DNA of 64,000 nt from an uncultured delta proteobacterium (GCA_963842085.1 CAWJET010000001.1:640001-704000); one strand, 5' to 3'; shown: positions 47,406 through 59,912, counted from the first letter of the stretch. Notes: generated by a model not told the origin, from the sequence alone. A program made the numbers and translations.

Positions 47406-48155
47406 ATGGCACCACCCGCGTCACGCAACGCATCGATCAGGCAGAGCGCGGCCAGGCCGCCCCAACCTCGCGCAATAAGCGCCGAGAACCTGGGTAAATT
47501 GGAAGGACTGTCGGGCCTGCCGCTACGCAAACTTGAAGCCTTGCGCGCCAGGATGAGGATTCGCCAGTTCTCCAAACGCTCGATCATCTATGAGGAGGGT
47601 GAATCAGAACGCGCCGTCTACGTCCTGCTGTCGGGAATCGCCCGGCTTATCTGTCTCAGTCGAAAACGGAAACGCAACCTGCTCGAGGTGCTGGGACCCG
47701 GCGACGTGATCGAGATTCCGTCATTGTTGCCCGATATTCATCATAAGCTCACCTGCGAGACGTTCACGGATTGTCAAATTGGGCTGATCAGCCCAAGCGA
47801 GCTGGTCGAGGGCATCGTCGGCATTCCACTGCGCGAGTTCAACGAGGCGCTCAATTTGACGGTCGGCCGATGGTGGACGCTTTTGGAGCGCCATTCAAAC
47901 TTTCTCGATCAAACCGTTCGCGAGAGAATCGCAATCGCGTTGCTCGACCTCGGCCGGAAGTTCGGTCGGCGAGACGGGCGCCGGATCGTCATAGATGTGG
48001 ATCTGAGTGGTCAGGACATCGCGGACCTGGTGGAGTGCTCGCGGCCGAAAGCGAGCGAGTGCCTCAAGAAGCTGGTTGCCGAAGGCGTTGTCATGCGCGA
48101 ACACCGCCGTTTCATCATCGATTCGGCGAAAATTGAGACTAGCCTGCGATCCTGA
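47406..48155 (+). CDS. Crp/Fnr-family transcriptional regulator
   Basis: cNMP-like domain (IYEEGE...LLSG), RERIA..LLDL, HTH LSGQDIADLVECSR. Confidence 0.9.
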   Translation: MAPPASRNASIRQSAARPPQPRAISAENLGKLEGLSGLPLRKLEALRARMRIRQFSKRSIIYEEGESERAVYVLLSGIARLICLSRKRKRNLLEVLGPGDVIEIPSLLPDIHHKLTCETFTDCQIGLISPSELVEGIVGIPLREFNEALNLTVGRWWTLLERHSNFLDQTVRERIAIALLDLGRKFGRRDGRRIVIDVDLSGQDIADLVECSRPKASECLKKLVAEGVVMREHRRFIIDSAKIETSLRS

Positions 48156-48214
48156 CGCTCCATGGCCGGCATCGGGATGACTGCGGACTGCGACCGCTGT
48201 TCGCACGAGGAAGG

Positions 48215-48230
48215 TGGCAGGTGTTTTGCT
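48215..48230 (+). promoter_or_regulatory. Sigma-54 promoter upstream of tandem usp / cbs
   Basis: TGGCAGGTGTTTTGCT (GG-N10-GC, TTGC at -12). Confidence 0.65.
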
Positions 48231-48302
48231 AGTTACGCGCAAGCTGGCGTTTGGTCTACAATCCAAGCTGAGCCTGAAGCGAGTAATCCATAATTGACTA
48301 CA

Positions 48303-49160
48303 ATGTTCCGTAAGATTCTTTGCCCGGTCGACTTCAGCGATAACTCGATGGCGGTGCTTCGCCAGGCGGCCAAGCTCGCTCGAAGGCACGACGCGCTGTT
48401 GTACCTGATGCACGTAGAGTTTGTACCGATGGGTAACCTCGTTGAACTTGCCCAGGACGTCACGCTTTCGACGGAACCTGGCAAGCTCCGACTCGAGCAG
48501 GTCGCGCGCAAACTTCTGCCCAGGGTGAGACACGAGGTTGTCGTGCAGTTTGGACGGCCCGCCGAGCTAATCGAAAAGGCCGCAAAGGATCTTGACGTCG
48601 ATCTGATTGTGATGGCGACCCATGGGCGGACCGGCATCGATCGTCTGTTTCTTGGGAGTGTCGCCGAACACGTTGTTCGCCGCTCGGTGACTTCGGTCTT
48701 GAGCTTCGGTCCCGCAACCGCTATCCGAACACTAAAGAAGATTCTTTGCCCGGTTGCCTTCGATCCAAACTCCATCGCCGCGCTTCGTTTTGGATGGAGC
48801 CTCGCCCAGGAGTACCGGGCCGCGATGAGTTTGCTCCATGTAGTTCCTCTGCCCTTCGAGCCCTCAGAAGTCCCTGCAGAGCCCCCGATACCTGAGTGGG
48901 AGCAAGACGCCCGCGCGGAACTGGCAAAGGTGGCAGCCGAAAATCTCGGCCCCAAAGCCAGGTGCAAACTGGTGGTGCGACGTGGAGACCCGGCTGGCGC
49001 GATACTCGAAGTCGAAAAGGAACTGCGGCCCGATCTGATCGTTATGGCTACCCATGGACGGACCGGATTGAGCCATCTGGTTTTGGGAAGCGTGGCGGAG
49101 CGCACGGTGCGCGAATCGACCGTTCCGGTCTTGACGGTCCGGAGACAACACTCGGCCTAA
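48303..49160 (+). CDS. Tandem (two-domain) universal stress protein
   Basis: Two KILCPV.F...DLIVMATHGRTG...LGSVAE units. Confidence 0.95.
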   Translation: MFRKILCPVDFSDNSMAVLRQAAKLARRHDALLYLMHVEFVPMGNLVELAQDVTLSTEPGKLRLEQVARKLLPRVRHEVVVQFGRPAELIEKAAKDLDVDLIVMATHGRTGIDRLFLGSVAEHVVRRSVTSVLSFGPATAIRTLKKILCPVAFDPNSIAALRFGWSLAQEYRAAMSLLHVVPLPFEPSEVPAEPPIPEWEQDARAELAKVAAENLGPKARCKLVVRRGDPAGAILEVEKELRPDLIVMATHGRTGLSHLVLGSVAERTVRESTVPVLTVRRQHSA

Positions 49161-49234
49161 TCGGTATTGGTGCTCCGAGCCTTGAAAGCCGTTGGCGCTT
49201 GGCAAGAACGCGTGATGCATGGAGGCGCGCGCCC

Positions 49235-49708
49235 ATGAAGGTCGAGCAAATCATGAATCGCAACGTCAGGTTCTGCCGCCCGCAGGACTCACTTAGCAAT
49301 GCGGCGCAAATGATGTGGGACGAGGCTTGCGGTGCGGTTCCGGTCGTGGACGAGCAATCCAGGCCTATCGGTTTCCTGACCGACCGCGACATATGTATGG
49401 CCGCCTATACGCAAGGCAAGCCGCTGGGAGAGTTGCGGGTCGAGCTAGCCATGGCTCGGAAGGTCGTGACCTGCCGAGCTGAAGATGATTTACGCAAGGC
49501 GGCCGTACTGATGCAGCAGAACCACACGCGCCGGCTTCCGGTGATCGATCGGGACGGAACACTGGTCGGGTTGCTATCGCTGGACGATCTTGCCTGCGAG
49601 GCCGCCAGGGCACTTCGCGGCAGGGCCAACGAGGAACTGAGAAACCTGGTGCTGGAGGTGCACCTGGCGATTAATCGCGGACGCATACTCCTCCATCCGC
49701 CGGTTTGA
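49235..49708 (+). CDS. CBS-domain protein
   Basis: MKVEQIM, CGAVPVVD, TDRDIC, RRLPVID...GLLSLDDL; GGAGG RBS. Confidence 0.92.
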   Translation: MKVEQIMNRNVRFCRPQDSLSNAAQMMWDEACGAVPVVDEQSRPIGFLTDRDICMAAYTQGKPLGELRVELAMARKVVTCRAEDDLRKAAVLMQQNHTRRLPVIDRDGTLVGLLSLDDLACEAARALRGRANEELRNLVLEVHLAINRGRILLHPPV

Positions 49709-49886
49709 TGAACCTCTTGAGTTACTCCTGTCGCTGGGCGATCCGTTCACGTTCGTTACGCGCCCTATGTTAAACCGGGCGTCGGGTTTTCACCTTTGTC
49801 TGGACTACTTTATCTGACTGCCTTCTTCTTCAGTCACCTGAAGTAAGGTAATCACGAAGGCCATGGCTTACGTGCCCTGGTCAGCC

Positions 49887-51227
49887 CTATCTGCTAAAGG
49901 CGGCGGCAATTTTGCGGTCTGCATTCCTCGCCTGTTCTGCGCCTGACTCCAGCGCCGAAAGGCGCCTCTCGAACGACGCACGCTGCGCCCGCTCCCGGTC
50001 GTGGTCCGTCTTCAGTTCGGTGATCTCCCGGCGGGCGGAGGTCATTTGGTCGCTGACCTTTTTGAGTCGCTGCGCCAATCGCGCGTTCTCAATAGTCTGT
50101 TTCTGCAGCTCATTCAGGAGCATTGCGCTAAGCATAGAATAGCGGACCGTCTCGACCTTGCCGTCCGCTCCGTACGTCACCAACTCCCGATACACCCGAG
50201 CGACTTCCTCCGCGACCAAACCGTACTGTAGCGTTCCACTTTGGTCGTTCTGGTAGCGGAACGTCACCGGGCGCAGTTTCATCAGTCCCCGGCTCGCCGC
50301 CCCCATGTCTTGGATGTCGCGCTTGAAACGCGCCGAAGATACGACGACACCGAGCTGGCCTGCGCTGTTGACCACTACCTCCGTTCCCGACGTGACGTTT
50401 GTACCGCTGATGCCCGCCACGTAGGTGGCGGTCTGGCTGCCGCTCGTGCCAATCCGAATGATGTTCGAGTCGGCTGCGAAACCACTATTGCCGATATCGA
50501 TGTTGCTGCTGCCTGTGGTCAGACCTGCGCCGGCCGTCGCGCCCAGAGCGATGTTGTAGGAGCCGGTGGGTTCAAGCTTCAGGGCCAAATATCCGACGGC
50601 GGTATTGAAGCTACCTGTGGTGTTGCTCTGGAGGGCGTCCATTCCAGAGGCAGTATTGGAGGCGCCGGTGGTGTTCTTCTGGAGGGTATTCATTCCGCTT
50701 GCCGTGTTAGCGGAGCCAGTCGTGTCGGCGAAGAGGGCATCCGCTCCGCTCGCCGTGTTGTAGAGGCCGCTCGTGTTCTTGAAAAGCGCCTCCTTTCCCG
50801 TCGCGGTATTGTAGCTGCCGGTGCTATTGCTGTTGAGACTTTGCCATCCGGTGGCGGTATTTTGAATCCCCGTGGTATTGGCATATAAGGCGCCCGCTCC
50901 GGTTGCGGTATTGTCGTAGCCCTGGGTGTTACTGTACAGGGCGTACCCTCCAGAAGCGGTATTGGAGCTGCCCGTCGTGTTGGCCTGCAGGGTGTTTGCC
51001 CCGATCGCCGTATTGACACTGCCGGTGCTGTTGGCGTTGAGGGCGTAGGCTCCGAGCCGGGTATCATCTGCGCGAGTCCTATCGGCCGCCTGCGCTCCGG
51101 TCCCGAGCTCGGTGGGGGATTGGGCGGCTGCGGTGCCCGCACCAAAGACCGCAATGACCAATAGCGCCGCGACAGAAAGACCAGTACTCCTTGCGCGGGC
51201 TTCGACTAAATGTCTCGTAAGCATCAT
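49887..51227 (-). CDS. Secreted beta-helical fibre protein with peptidase S74 intramolecular chaperone
   Basis: Signal peptide; 17-aa repeats; SSARFKRDI...L.PVTFRY...GLVAEEV...V.Y; coiled-coil tail. Confidence 0.88.
   Translation of the reverse strand: MMLTRHLVEARARSTGLSVAALLVIAVFGAGTAAAQSPTELGTGAQAADRTRADDTRLGAYALNANSTGSVNTAIGANTLQANTTGSSNTASGGYALYSNTQGYDNTATGAGALYANTTGIQNTATGWQSLNSNSTGSYNTATGKEALFKNTSGLYNTASGADALFADTTGSANTASGMNTLQKNTTGASNTASGMDALQSNTTGSFNTAVGYLALKLEPTGSYNIALGATAGAGLTTGSSNIDIGNSGFAADSNIIRIGTSGSQTATYVAGISGTNVTSGTEVVVNSAGQLGVVVSSARFKRDIQDMGAASRGLMKLRPVTFRYQNDQSGTLQYGLVAEEVARVYRELVTYGADGKVETVRYSMLSAMLLNELQKQTIENARLAQRLKKVSDQMTSARREITELKTDHDRERAQRASFERRLSALESGAEQARNADRKIAAAFSR
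50490..51065 (-). repeat. About 11 degenerate 51-nt (17-aa) coding repeats
   Basis: NTAxGxxALxxNTTGxx units in the fibre gene. Confidence 0.85.
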
Positions 51228-51798
51228 CGCTGACCCTCCAGCTTCATGAGCGCATTTTTACTGGAATTTCCGTGTCGACACCTCGGATAAGAATGCCTAT
51301 AGGCAACTCCGCACCTGTAGCGCGGTCGGGTTTTCCCTTGGTCTCGACTGAAACTGGTTTATGAAAGCCGGCCAGTTCGATCGTTTCGACCGCGCCGGAA
51401 GCCTGATCCGGACACAATAATCTACCAAAAAGCGGCCCTAGTTGAGAATCCGCAATCGCGCGATGCTCAGGGTTTTGTTCGGCGGTGGCGCCGCCGGATT
51501 GTCGGGCTCTTGACTGGCGGTTCATCTACGCCGTTCTCGCGCCCAAGTACGGCTGGATATGGAAGCAAAGTGAGCCCCCTCCGGCGCTTGGTCGATGCGC
51601 AACGTGATGGGTCGGAGGTTCACTTTGGGCGAGCGGAATGCTAGTCTTCTCGGTGTCACAATCCACCGCAGGTCATCTCCGCGTCATCGAAACCTCTAAT
51701 GGTACACGCGTGGATCAAGTTTTGAGAAGCCCCCCGGTTGAGATACCGGCCGTCGGAATTACGCTGTATACACACCGAGCTTCGAAACGGAATACCGC

Positions 51799-52779
51799 TT
51801 GACGACCACCGATCCGAGGATGCGCTTTTTCATTTTTGCGCTACGCACCGCAACCGAGGCCGCGGCTCAGGCGGCCTTCGAATGGATCGGACGCGGCGAC
51901 AAGGAGATGGGGGATAAAGCCGCGGTCACCGCGCTGCGCCGAGTGCTCAACCAGCTTCCGATCGACGGCACGATCGTGATCGGAGAAGGCGAGAAGGATG
52001 AGGCGCCTCAGCTCTACAACGGCGAGCGAGTCGGCAATCCCGACGCACCCGAGAAACTCGACATCGCCGTCGATCCGGTCGAGGGAACGAGCTACCTGGC
52101 GATGGGTCTTAGCAACGCCATGGTGGTGATCGCGATGGCGCCGCGCGGTACAATGTTCAGCCCCGGACCCGCATTTTACATGGAAAAGTTCGCAGCACCG
52201 CCTGCCGCCAAGGGGCAAATCGACATGGCCTGGCCGGTCGAGCGCAAGCTCAAAAAGCTCGCCGAGATCCTCGGCAAGCCCGTTTCGAAGCTGACCGTCT
52301 TCGTCCTGGAAAAGCCGCGGCACCGCCGGCTAGTCGAGGAGATCTATGCGGCCGGTGCCCGCGTGATGCAGTATCCGGCCGGTGATGTGGCTGGCGCATT
52401 GATGGCCGCGATTCCGGATTCAGCGGTGGACGCGCTGATGGGCACCGGCGGAACGCCCGAGGGAATCCTGACGGCCTGCGCGATCCGCGCGCTCGGAGCC
52501 GAGTTCATGGGACGGCTCGACCCGCAGCTTGCAACCGAAGCTGCGGTTGTGAAGCAGGCGGGGATGGACACCCAACGGTGGTATCGTGTGGAGGAACTGG
52601 TGCGTTCGCCCGAGACGCTGTTCTGCGCGACCGGGATCACGTCGGGACTGCTGCTTGATGGCATCGAGCGCGCCGAGACATATGATCGCTTACAGACCCT
52701 GATGATCTCCGGCATTACAGGAGAGCGCCAGATTCTGACGAGCTACCTGCCGACCGCGGCATCATTGAAGACCGCTTAG
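51799..52779 (+). CDS. glpX: Class II fructose-1,6-/sedoheptulose-1,7-bisphosphatase
   Basis: IGEGEKDEAP.L, DPVEGT, YMEK, GDVAG, GGTPEG, ATGIT; start 51799 or 51820. Confidence 0.95.
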   Translation: MTTTDPRMRFFIFALRTATEAAAQAAFEWIGRGDKEMGDKAAVTALRRVLNQLPIDGTIVIGEGEKDEAPQLYNGERVGNPDAPEKLDIAVDPVEGTSYLAMGLSNAMVVIAMAPRGTMFSPGPAFYMEKFAAPPAAKGQIDMAWPVERKLKKLAEILGKPVSKLTVFVLEKPRHRRLVEEIYAAGARVMQYPAGDVAGALMAAIPDSAVDALMGTGGTPEGILTACAIRALGAEFMGRLDPQLATEAAVVKQAGMDTQRWYRVEELVRSPETLFCATGITSGLLLDGIERAETYDRLQTLMISGITGERQILTSYLPTAASLKTA

Positions 52780-52794
52780 GAGGAGAAAATTGTA

Positions 52795-53730
52795 ATGCCT
52801 GAAAAGCGCGTCCCGCACCCCATCATGCTCGGTGTGGTCGGCGACTCAGCAGCGGGAAAGACCACTCTCTCCGAAGGTATTGCCTCGATTCTCCGCTCCG
52901 ACCGGGTCGTCGTAATGTGCGCTGACGACTACCACAGGTATTCGCGCGAGGAGCGCCGGATAAATGGCATCTCCGCGCTCGATCCCAAGGGAAACTACAT
53001 CGATATCCTGGAAGAGCACCTGCAGTTGCTGCGCCTGGGGCGTCCGATCCTGAAACCGGTCTACAACCATTCCGACGGGACGCTGGGTGCGCCGGAGTAC
53101 GTCGAACCGAAGCCCTACATCATCATCGAAGGGTTGCTCGGGTACACGACCCGCGCCATGCGCGACTGTTACGACGTCAAAATTTACCTCGAACCCGAAG
53201 AGGAGCTCCGCATCCTATGGAAGATTCAGCGTGACACAGCAAAGCGCGGCTACGAACGCGAGCAGGTGCTCGAGGAAATTGAAAAGCGCAAGCCTTTTAC
53301 CCAGGCGTATATCCATCCGCAGCGGCTGTTCGCCGACGTGGTAGTTTGTTTCCATCGGCCGGAGCACCCCACGGAGGGCTACCAGCATCTGAGCGTGCGG
53401 CATATCCTGCGTCCGACACTGCCTCATCCGGACCTCTCACCCGTGCTCAGCGATGTTGCCAATCCGGGACTTCGGATCGAGCTTGCCCGCGACAAGGACG
53501 GCAAGCCGGTTGATATCCTCGATATCGAGGGGAACATTACCGACCTTCGGGCGGAGCGCTTGGAAAAGCTGCTCTGGGAACTGATTCCAGAAGCGAGCCA
53601 CCTACGCGACAACGTAGGCTCGTTCGTTGACAAGAATGAACAGAAATCCAAAAGCCATCCGCTGGCGCTCACGCAGCTGCTGCTCACCTATTACATGGTC
53701 AAGGCGGCGCTCGGCGTCCACGTGATTTGA
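52795..53730 (+). CDS. prk: Phosphoribulokinase
   Basis: GDSAAGKTT, DDYHRY, KPVYNH, EGLL, WKIQRD..KRG; in the cbb operon. Confidence 0.93.
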   Translation: MPEKRVPHPIMLGVVGDSAAGKTTLSEGIASILRSDRVVVMCADDYHRYSREERRINGISALDPKGNYIDILEEHLQLLRLGRPILKPVYNHSDGTLGAPEYVEPKPYIIIEGLLGYTTRAMRDCYDVKIYLEPEEELRILWKIQRDTAKRGYEREQVLEEIEKRKPFTQAYIHPQRLFADVVVCFHRPEHPTEGYQHLSVRHILRPTLPHPDLSPVLSDVANPGLRIELARDKDGKPVDILDIEGNITDLRAERLEKLLWELIPEASHLRDNVGSFVDKNEQKSKSHPLALTQLLLTYYMVKAALGVHVI

Positions 53731-53805
53731 GCAGGGCTTCGGATTTCCACCGGATCCAGGTCAGCTTGAGGGCGGCAAACCGACACCGAGGCGGAGGATA
53801 AAGCG

Positions 53806-56377
<2,572 letters not shown>

Positions 56378-56392
56378 CGGAGGAGCCGGATC

Positions 56393-56812
56393 ATGAGAAT
56401 TACACAGGGAGCGTTCTCGTTCCTTCCCGATTTCACGGAAGACGAAGTCCGCGCGCAGCTCGAGTATTGCCTGCGCAACGGATGGGCAATAAACATCGAG
56501 TACACGGACGATCCGCATCCGCGCAACAGCTACTGGGAGTTGTGGGGACAGCCGATGTTCGATCAGAAGGATGCGGCCGCCGTGCTGGCTGAACTGGATG
56601 AGTGCCGCAAGGTACACCCGAACCATTACATAAAGATTAACGCCTTCGACTCGTCCAAGGGGCGCGAGTCGATTGCGCTCTCCTTCATTGTCAACCGGCC
56701 CCGCAAGGAGCCTGGCTTCGTTCTGGTCCGGCAGGAGGGGACAGGCCGCACAGTCCGCTATACTATTCGCAGCTACGCCACCGACCGGCCCGAAGGCGAA
56801 CGATACGATTGA
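56393..56812 (+). CDS. cbbS: RuBisCO small subunit, red type
   Basis: [23 protein letters not shown]-terminal hairpin extension ending RPEGERY. Confidence 0.98.
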   Translation: MRITQGAFSFLPDFTEDEVRAQLEYCLRNGWAINIEYTDDPHPRNSYWELWGQPMFDQKDAAAVLAELDECRKVHPNHYIKINAFDSSKGRESIALSFIVNRPRKEPGFVLVRQEGTGRTVRYTIRSYATDRPEGERYD

Positions 56813-56821
56813 TGACGGCGT

Positions 56822-57799
56822 GTGCAAGAGCAGAAGCGACAATTGACCGCCACAACTGACGACAAGTCGGCAGCCGAGGATAAGCCTGCCACCCTGACGG
56901 CGCGGCCCAACTTGGAAGCGCCGGTAAACCTGGGCGAGGCGATGCGCGACGCCCGCGTGACCGAGGTGCTGGACCGTCTCGACCGGGAATTGGTCGGCTT
57001 GAAGCCCGTCAAGGCCCGGGTCCGGGAGATCGCCGCGCTTCTGCTCGTCGAGCGTGTGCGCGCAAGCGCCGGCCTGACCTCGACTCCGCCGAGCCTGCAC
57101 ATGTCGTTTACCGGCAATCCCGGCACCGGCAAGACGACGGTTGCGATGAGAATGGCCGAGATTCTGCATCGCCTCGGCTTCGTGCGCAAAGGACACGTCG
57201 TGGCGGTGACGCGCGATGATCTCGTCGGCCAGTACATCGGGCATACCGCGCCCAAGACCAAGGAAGTGCTCAAGCGCGCCATGGGCGGAGTGCTGTTCAT
57301 CGACGAGGCGTACTATCTCTACCGGGCCGAGAACGAGCGCGACTACGGCCAGGAAGCGATAGGAATCCTGATGCAGGTGATGGAGAATCAGCGCGAGGAT
57401 TTGGTGGTCATCCTGGCGGGTTACCGGGATCGCATGGATGCTTTCTTTCGCAGCAACCCCGGCCTCTCGTCACGCATCGCGCACCACATCGACTTTCCCG
57501 ATTACACGGCCGACGAACTAATGGAGATTGCGCAAATAATGCTGGCCGAGCAGAACTACCGGTTCAGCGAGGCGGGCGAGGCGGCATTTCGCCAGTATAT
57601 CACCAAGCGCATGACCCAGCCGCAATTTGCCAACGCGCGCAGCGTCCGCAACGCGCTCGACCGCGCTCGGCTGCGGCAGGCCACGAGGCTGCTTTCGCTT
57701 CCGGACAGCAAGCTGACGCTCAAGGATCTCATGACCATCGAAGCCGAGGAAATCCTGGCAAGCCGGGTCATGGCCGTGCCTGACACACCCATCACCTGA
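56822..57799 (+). CDS. cbbX: CbbX red-type RuBisCO activase
   Basis: [39 protein letters not shown]; start uncertain. Confidence 0.97.
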   Translation: MQEQKRQLTATTDDKSAAEDKPATLTARPNLEAPVNLGEAMRDARVTEVLDRLDRELVGLKPVKARVREIAALLLVERVRASAGLTSTPPSLHMSFTGNPGTGKTTVAMRMAEILHRLGFVRKGHVVAVTRDDLVGQYIGHTAPKTKEVLKRAMGGVLFIDEAYYLYRAENERDYGQEAIGILMQVMENQREDLVVILAGYRDRMDAFFRSNPGLSSRIAHHIDFPDYTADELMEIAQIMLAEQNYRFSEAGEAAFRQYITKRMTQPQFANARSVRNALDRARLRQATRLLSLPDSKLTLKDLMTIEAEEILASRVMAVPDTPIT

Positions 57800-57820
57800 T
57801 CCAATCCCGAGTAGAACGCT

Positions 57821-57842
57821 CAGAATCGCTCCCTCGATTCTG
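57821..57842. terminator. Perfect 8-bp hairpin after cbbX (convergent junction)
   Basis: CAGAATCG-CTCCCT-CGATTCTG. Confidence 0.45.
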
Positions 57843-57946
57843 TCCGGAGCTTCGCCCGGCTGTGCCTCCTCAAGACTTGATCCGGCAAGCGGAGAACGGA
57901 AAGGCTCAACTGTTACTGGGCCATAGTGCGGCCGGATGGCCGGCGC

Positions 57947-58846
57947 CTACGGTTCGGCGCGGAACACTCCCATCGCGCCGTTGTACTCATGCACCCGATT
58001 TAGATCCATGAATCGATACTCGCCCGGCTCGCTCACTTTGAACTCGAACACCGCGCCGGTGCTTGGGCCAACTGCGAAGTTGTCAGTCCCGTGAATCTGG
58101 TTGGCTGGATTTCCGCCGAAATAGACACTGCTGAATATGGCGCCGGCAACGTGAAACGTGGAGGTCAGGCTCGGACCGGCATTGACGAAGAATACTCGTA
58201 CCAACCTTCCCACTTTGATCAAAATCGGGTGCTCGGCGCCAGCTTTATTCAGCTGGCCATTGAACACTACAAAGGTTGGGCGTGCCTGCAGCATCGCGGT
58301 GAAGTCGGGAATAATCCGTCCGTTAGCGCGAGGTGTGCCGTAAAACTCACTCTGAACGAGGGTCATTTCCTGCGCCGGGCCCGATGGCCATCCATCTTTA
58401 GGATCCACGATAACAGCTCCATACATTCCGCGGCCGATGTGATCCAAAATAGGAATTCCGTTGCAGTGGTAGACAAAGACACCCGGCACGTCCGCACGAA
58501 ACTTATACCGCAGCGGAGCTTTGGTATTACCGCCGAAGTGCTCCGAAGAAATTTGAGCCGCAGGGATATTAAGGCCATGCGCGTCCCCCGTTTGGTTGAG
58601 TAATTCGACGTTGACCTCGTCGCCCTCGCGAAGCCTCAGTTCCGGTCCCGGAATGATACCGTCGAAGGTCCAGGCGTCGTAGGTCATTCCGTCTCCGATA
58701 TCGATACCTTTCTTTTCGACCGTCACGGTGAAGGTCTTGGTCGGTGCCTGAGCCCAAGCCGGCCCCCACACCATGGCAAAGACCATCGCGATCGCACCCA
58801 AGATCACGTTTCTTATGTCGCGGCCGGCGACCGAGTCTGCGTCCAT
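57947..58846 (-). CDS. Two-domain cupredoxin, NirK-like; type-1 Cu site intact, type-2 site degenerate
   Basis: WTFDG..PGP, HGLNIP, YHC...H..RGMYG, FHVAG, YRFMDLN; signal peptide. Confidence 0.85.
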   Translation of the reverse strand: MDADSVAGRDIRNVILGAIAMVFAMVWGPAWAQAPTKTFTVTVEKKGIDIGDGMTYDAWTFDGIIPGPELRLREGDEVNVELLNQTGDAHGLNIPAAQISSEHFGGNTKAPLRYKFRADVPGVFVYHCNGIPILDHIGRGMYGAVIVDPKDGWPSGPAQEMTLVQSEFYGTPRANGRIIPDFTAMLQARPTFVVFNGQLNKAGAEHPILIKVGRLVRVFFVNAGPSLTSTFHVAGAIFSSVYFGGNPANQIHGTDNFAVGPSTGAVFEFKVSEPGEYRFMDLNRVHEYNGAMGVFRAEP

Positions 58847-58875
58847 ACCTTTGCTTCCCTTGCGAATCGCTGTGC

Positions 58876-59874
58876 TCACTTCGTCTTGCAGAAGTGCCTG
58901 ACGTATGCGCGCAGGCTGCGGATCTGGTCGTCGGTCAGCGCTTCTCCCCATGACGGCATGTCATTGCTGCGGCCGACCGAAGCACTGCCGCCCTTGATCT
59001 CATGGAACACGAAGTCGTCCGAGTCCCTCGCCATAATCTTGCAGTCGTGGAAGTTGCGCGGGTGGGTGGCAAGTGACAAGCCGTCAGGCCCGTCACCAAA
59101 ACCCTGCGGGCCATGACATCGCGAGCAGGTCTCTACAAACATCTCCTCGGTGGGGATGGTCTCTTCTGCGGCTGCACCTGGTGCGCTCTCGACCGCCCCG
59201 GCGGTGGGCTTGGGCAAGTTCTGGTTACTCCATTGCTGATAGTCCGCAGGCGTCAGAACTTTCAGGATACCTTTCATCGCGAAGTGCGAGATTCCGCAAA
59301 GCTGGGAGCACCCGATTTCATAGGTGCCCGGACGCGTTACCTCGAACCACGTGGGAATCTCCCGGCCGGGGAGGACGTCCTGTCTAAGGCGCAACTGCGG
59401 CACGTAAAAACTGTGGATCACGTCCTTCGACGTCATGAGCAAGCGGACTACCTGACCCGCGGGAACGATCAAAGTCGTAGTTTGGACCAGGTTGTGCGGG
59501 CCGAACTTGCCGTCGGGACCCGGATAAATGAACTCCCATCCGAACTGGAACGCCTCCAACTTTACCGTTAGCCCCGGAGCCGGACTTTGCTCCTTGACCA
59601 GATCCCAGACCGGCTTTGCCCGAACGTCGATCACGACGTCAAGGAAGGCGACAACGACGACCGGGACCAGCACCCATGCCAACTCGCGCAGTGACTTGCC
59701 GGGCACAAAGGCCGCTCGTCCACCCGCTCGACGACGGTACAAGATGAGGAACGCCAGAAGCGTACCCTCGGCCAGGATGAACGCCGTACCGACGATGTAG
59801 ATGACCAGCTTGATTACCGAGTCGATGCTCGGCCCGAACGTCGAAACGTCCGGTGGGAGCCACCCAAGGATCAT
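58876..59874 (-). CDS. coxB: Cytochrome c oxidase subunit II (CuA) fused to cytochrome c
   Basis: Two TM helices, QFGWEF.YP, DVIHSF, CSQLCGISHFAM, C-terminal CSRCH...MP. Confidence 0.93.
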   Translation of the reverse strand: MILGWLPPDVSTFGPSIDSVIKLVIYIVGTAFILAEGTLLAFLILYRRRAGGRAAFVPGKSLRELAWVLVPVVVVAFLDVVIDVRAKPVWDLVKEQSPAPGLTVKLEAFQFGWEFIYPGPDGKFGPHNLVQTTTLIVPAGQVVRLLMTSKDVIHSFYVPQLRLRQDVLPGREIPTWFEVTRPGTYEIGCSQLCGISHFAMKGILKVLTPADYQQWSNQNLPKPTAGAVESAPGAAAEETIPTEEMFVETCSRCHGPQGFGDGPDGLSLATHPRNFHDCKIMARDSDDFVFHEIKGGSASVGRSNDMPSWGEALTDDQIRSLRAYVRHFCKTK

Positions 59875-59912
59875 TTGAGCTCACCCCCGTCCAGCGTCAC
59901 ATGAAAGTCGGG

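Noticed and set aside
49709-49886. Possible structured sRNA (short hairpins such as TGACTG..CAGTCA) in a convergent intergenic gap
   Set aside because: Stems are only 5-6 bp and match no RNA family I recognise; an Rfam/covariation search would be needed.
49887-51227. Prophage, tail-fibre locus or CRISPR-like repeat array
   Set aside because: The repeats are degenerate in-frame coding repeats without spacers. The gene has a signal peptide, and no phage or cas genes are nearby.
51244-51525. 93-aa minus-strand ORF upstream of the fibre gene
   Set aside because: No recognisable motif or RBS; more likely part of the divergent promoter region.
57947-58846. Calling the gene a functional nirK (denitrification)
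   Set aside because: Two type-2 Cu histidines and the catalytic Asp are substituted.
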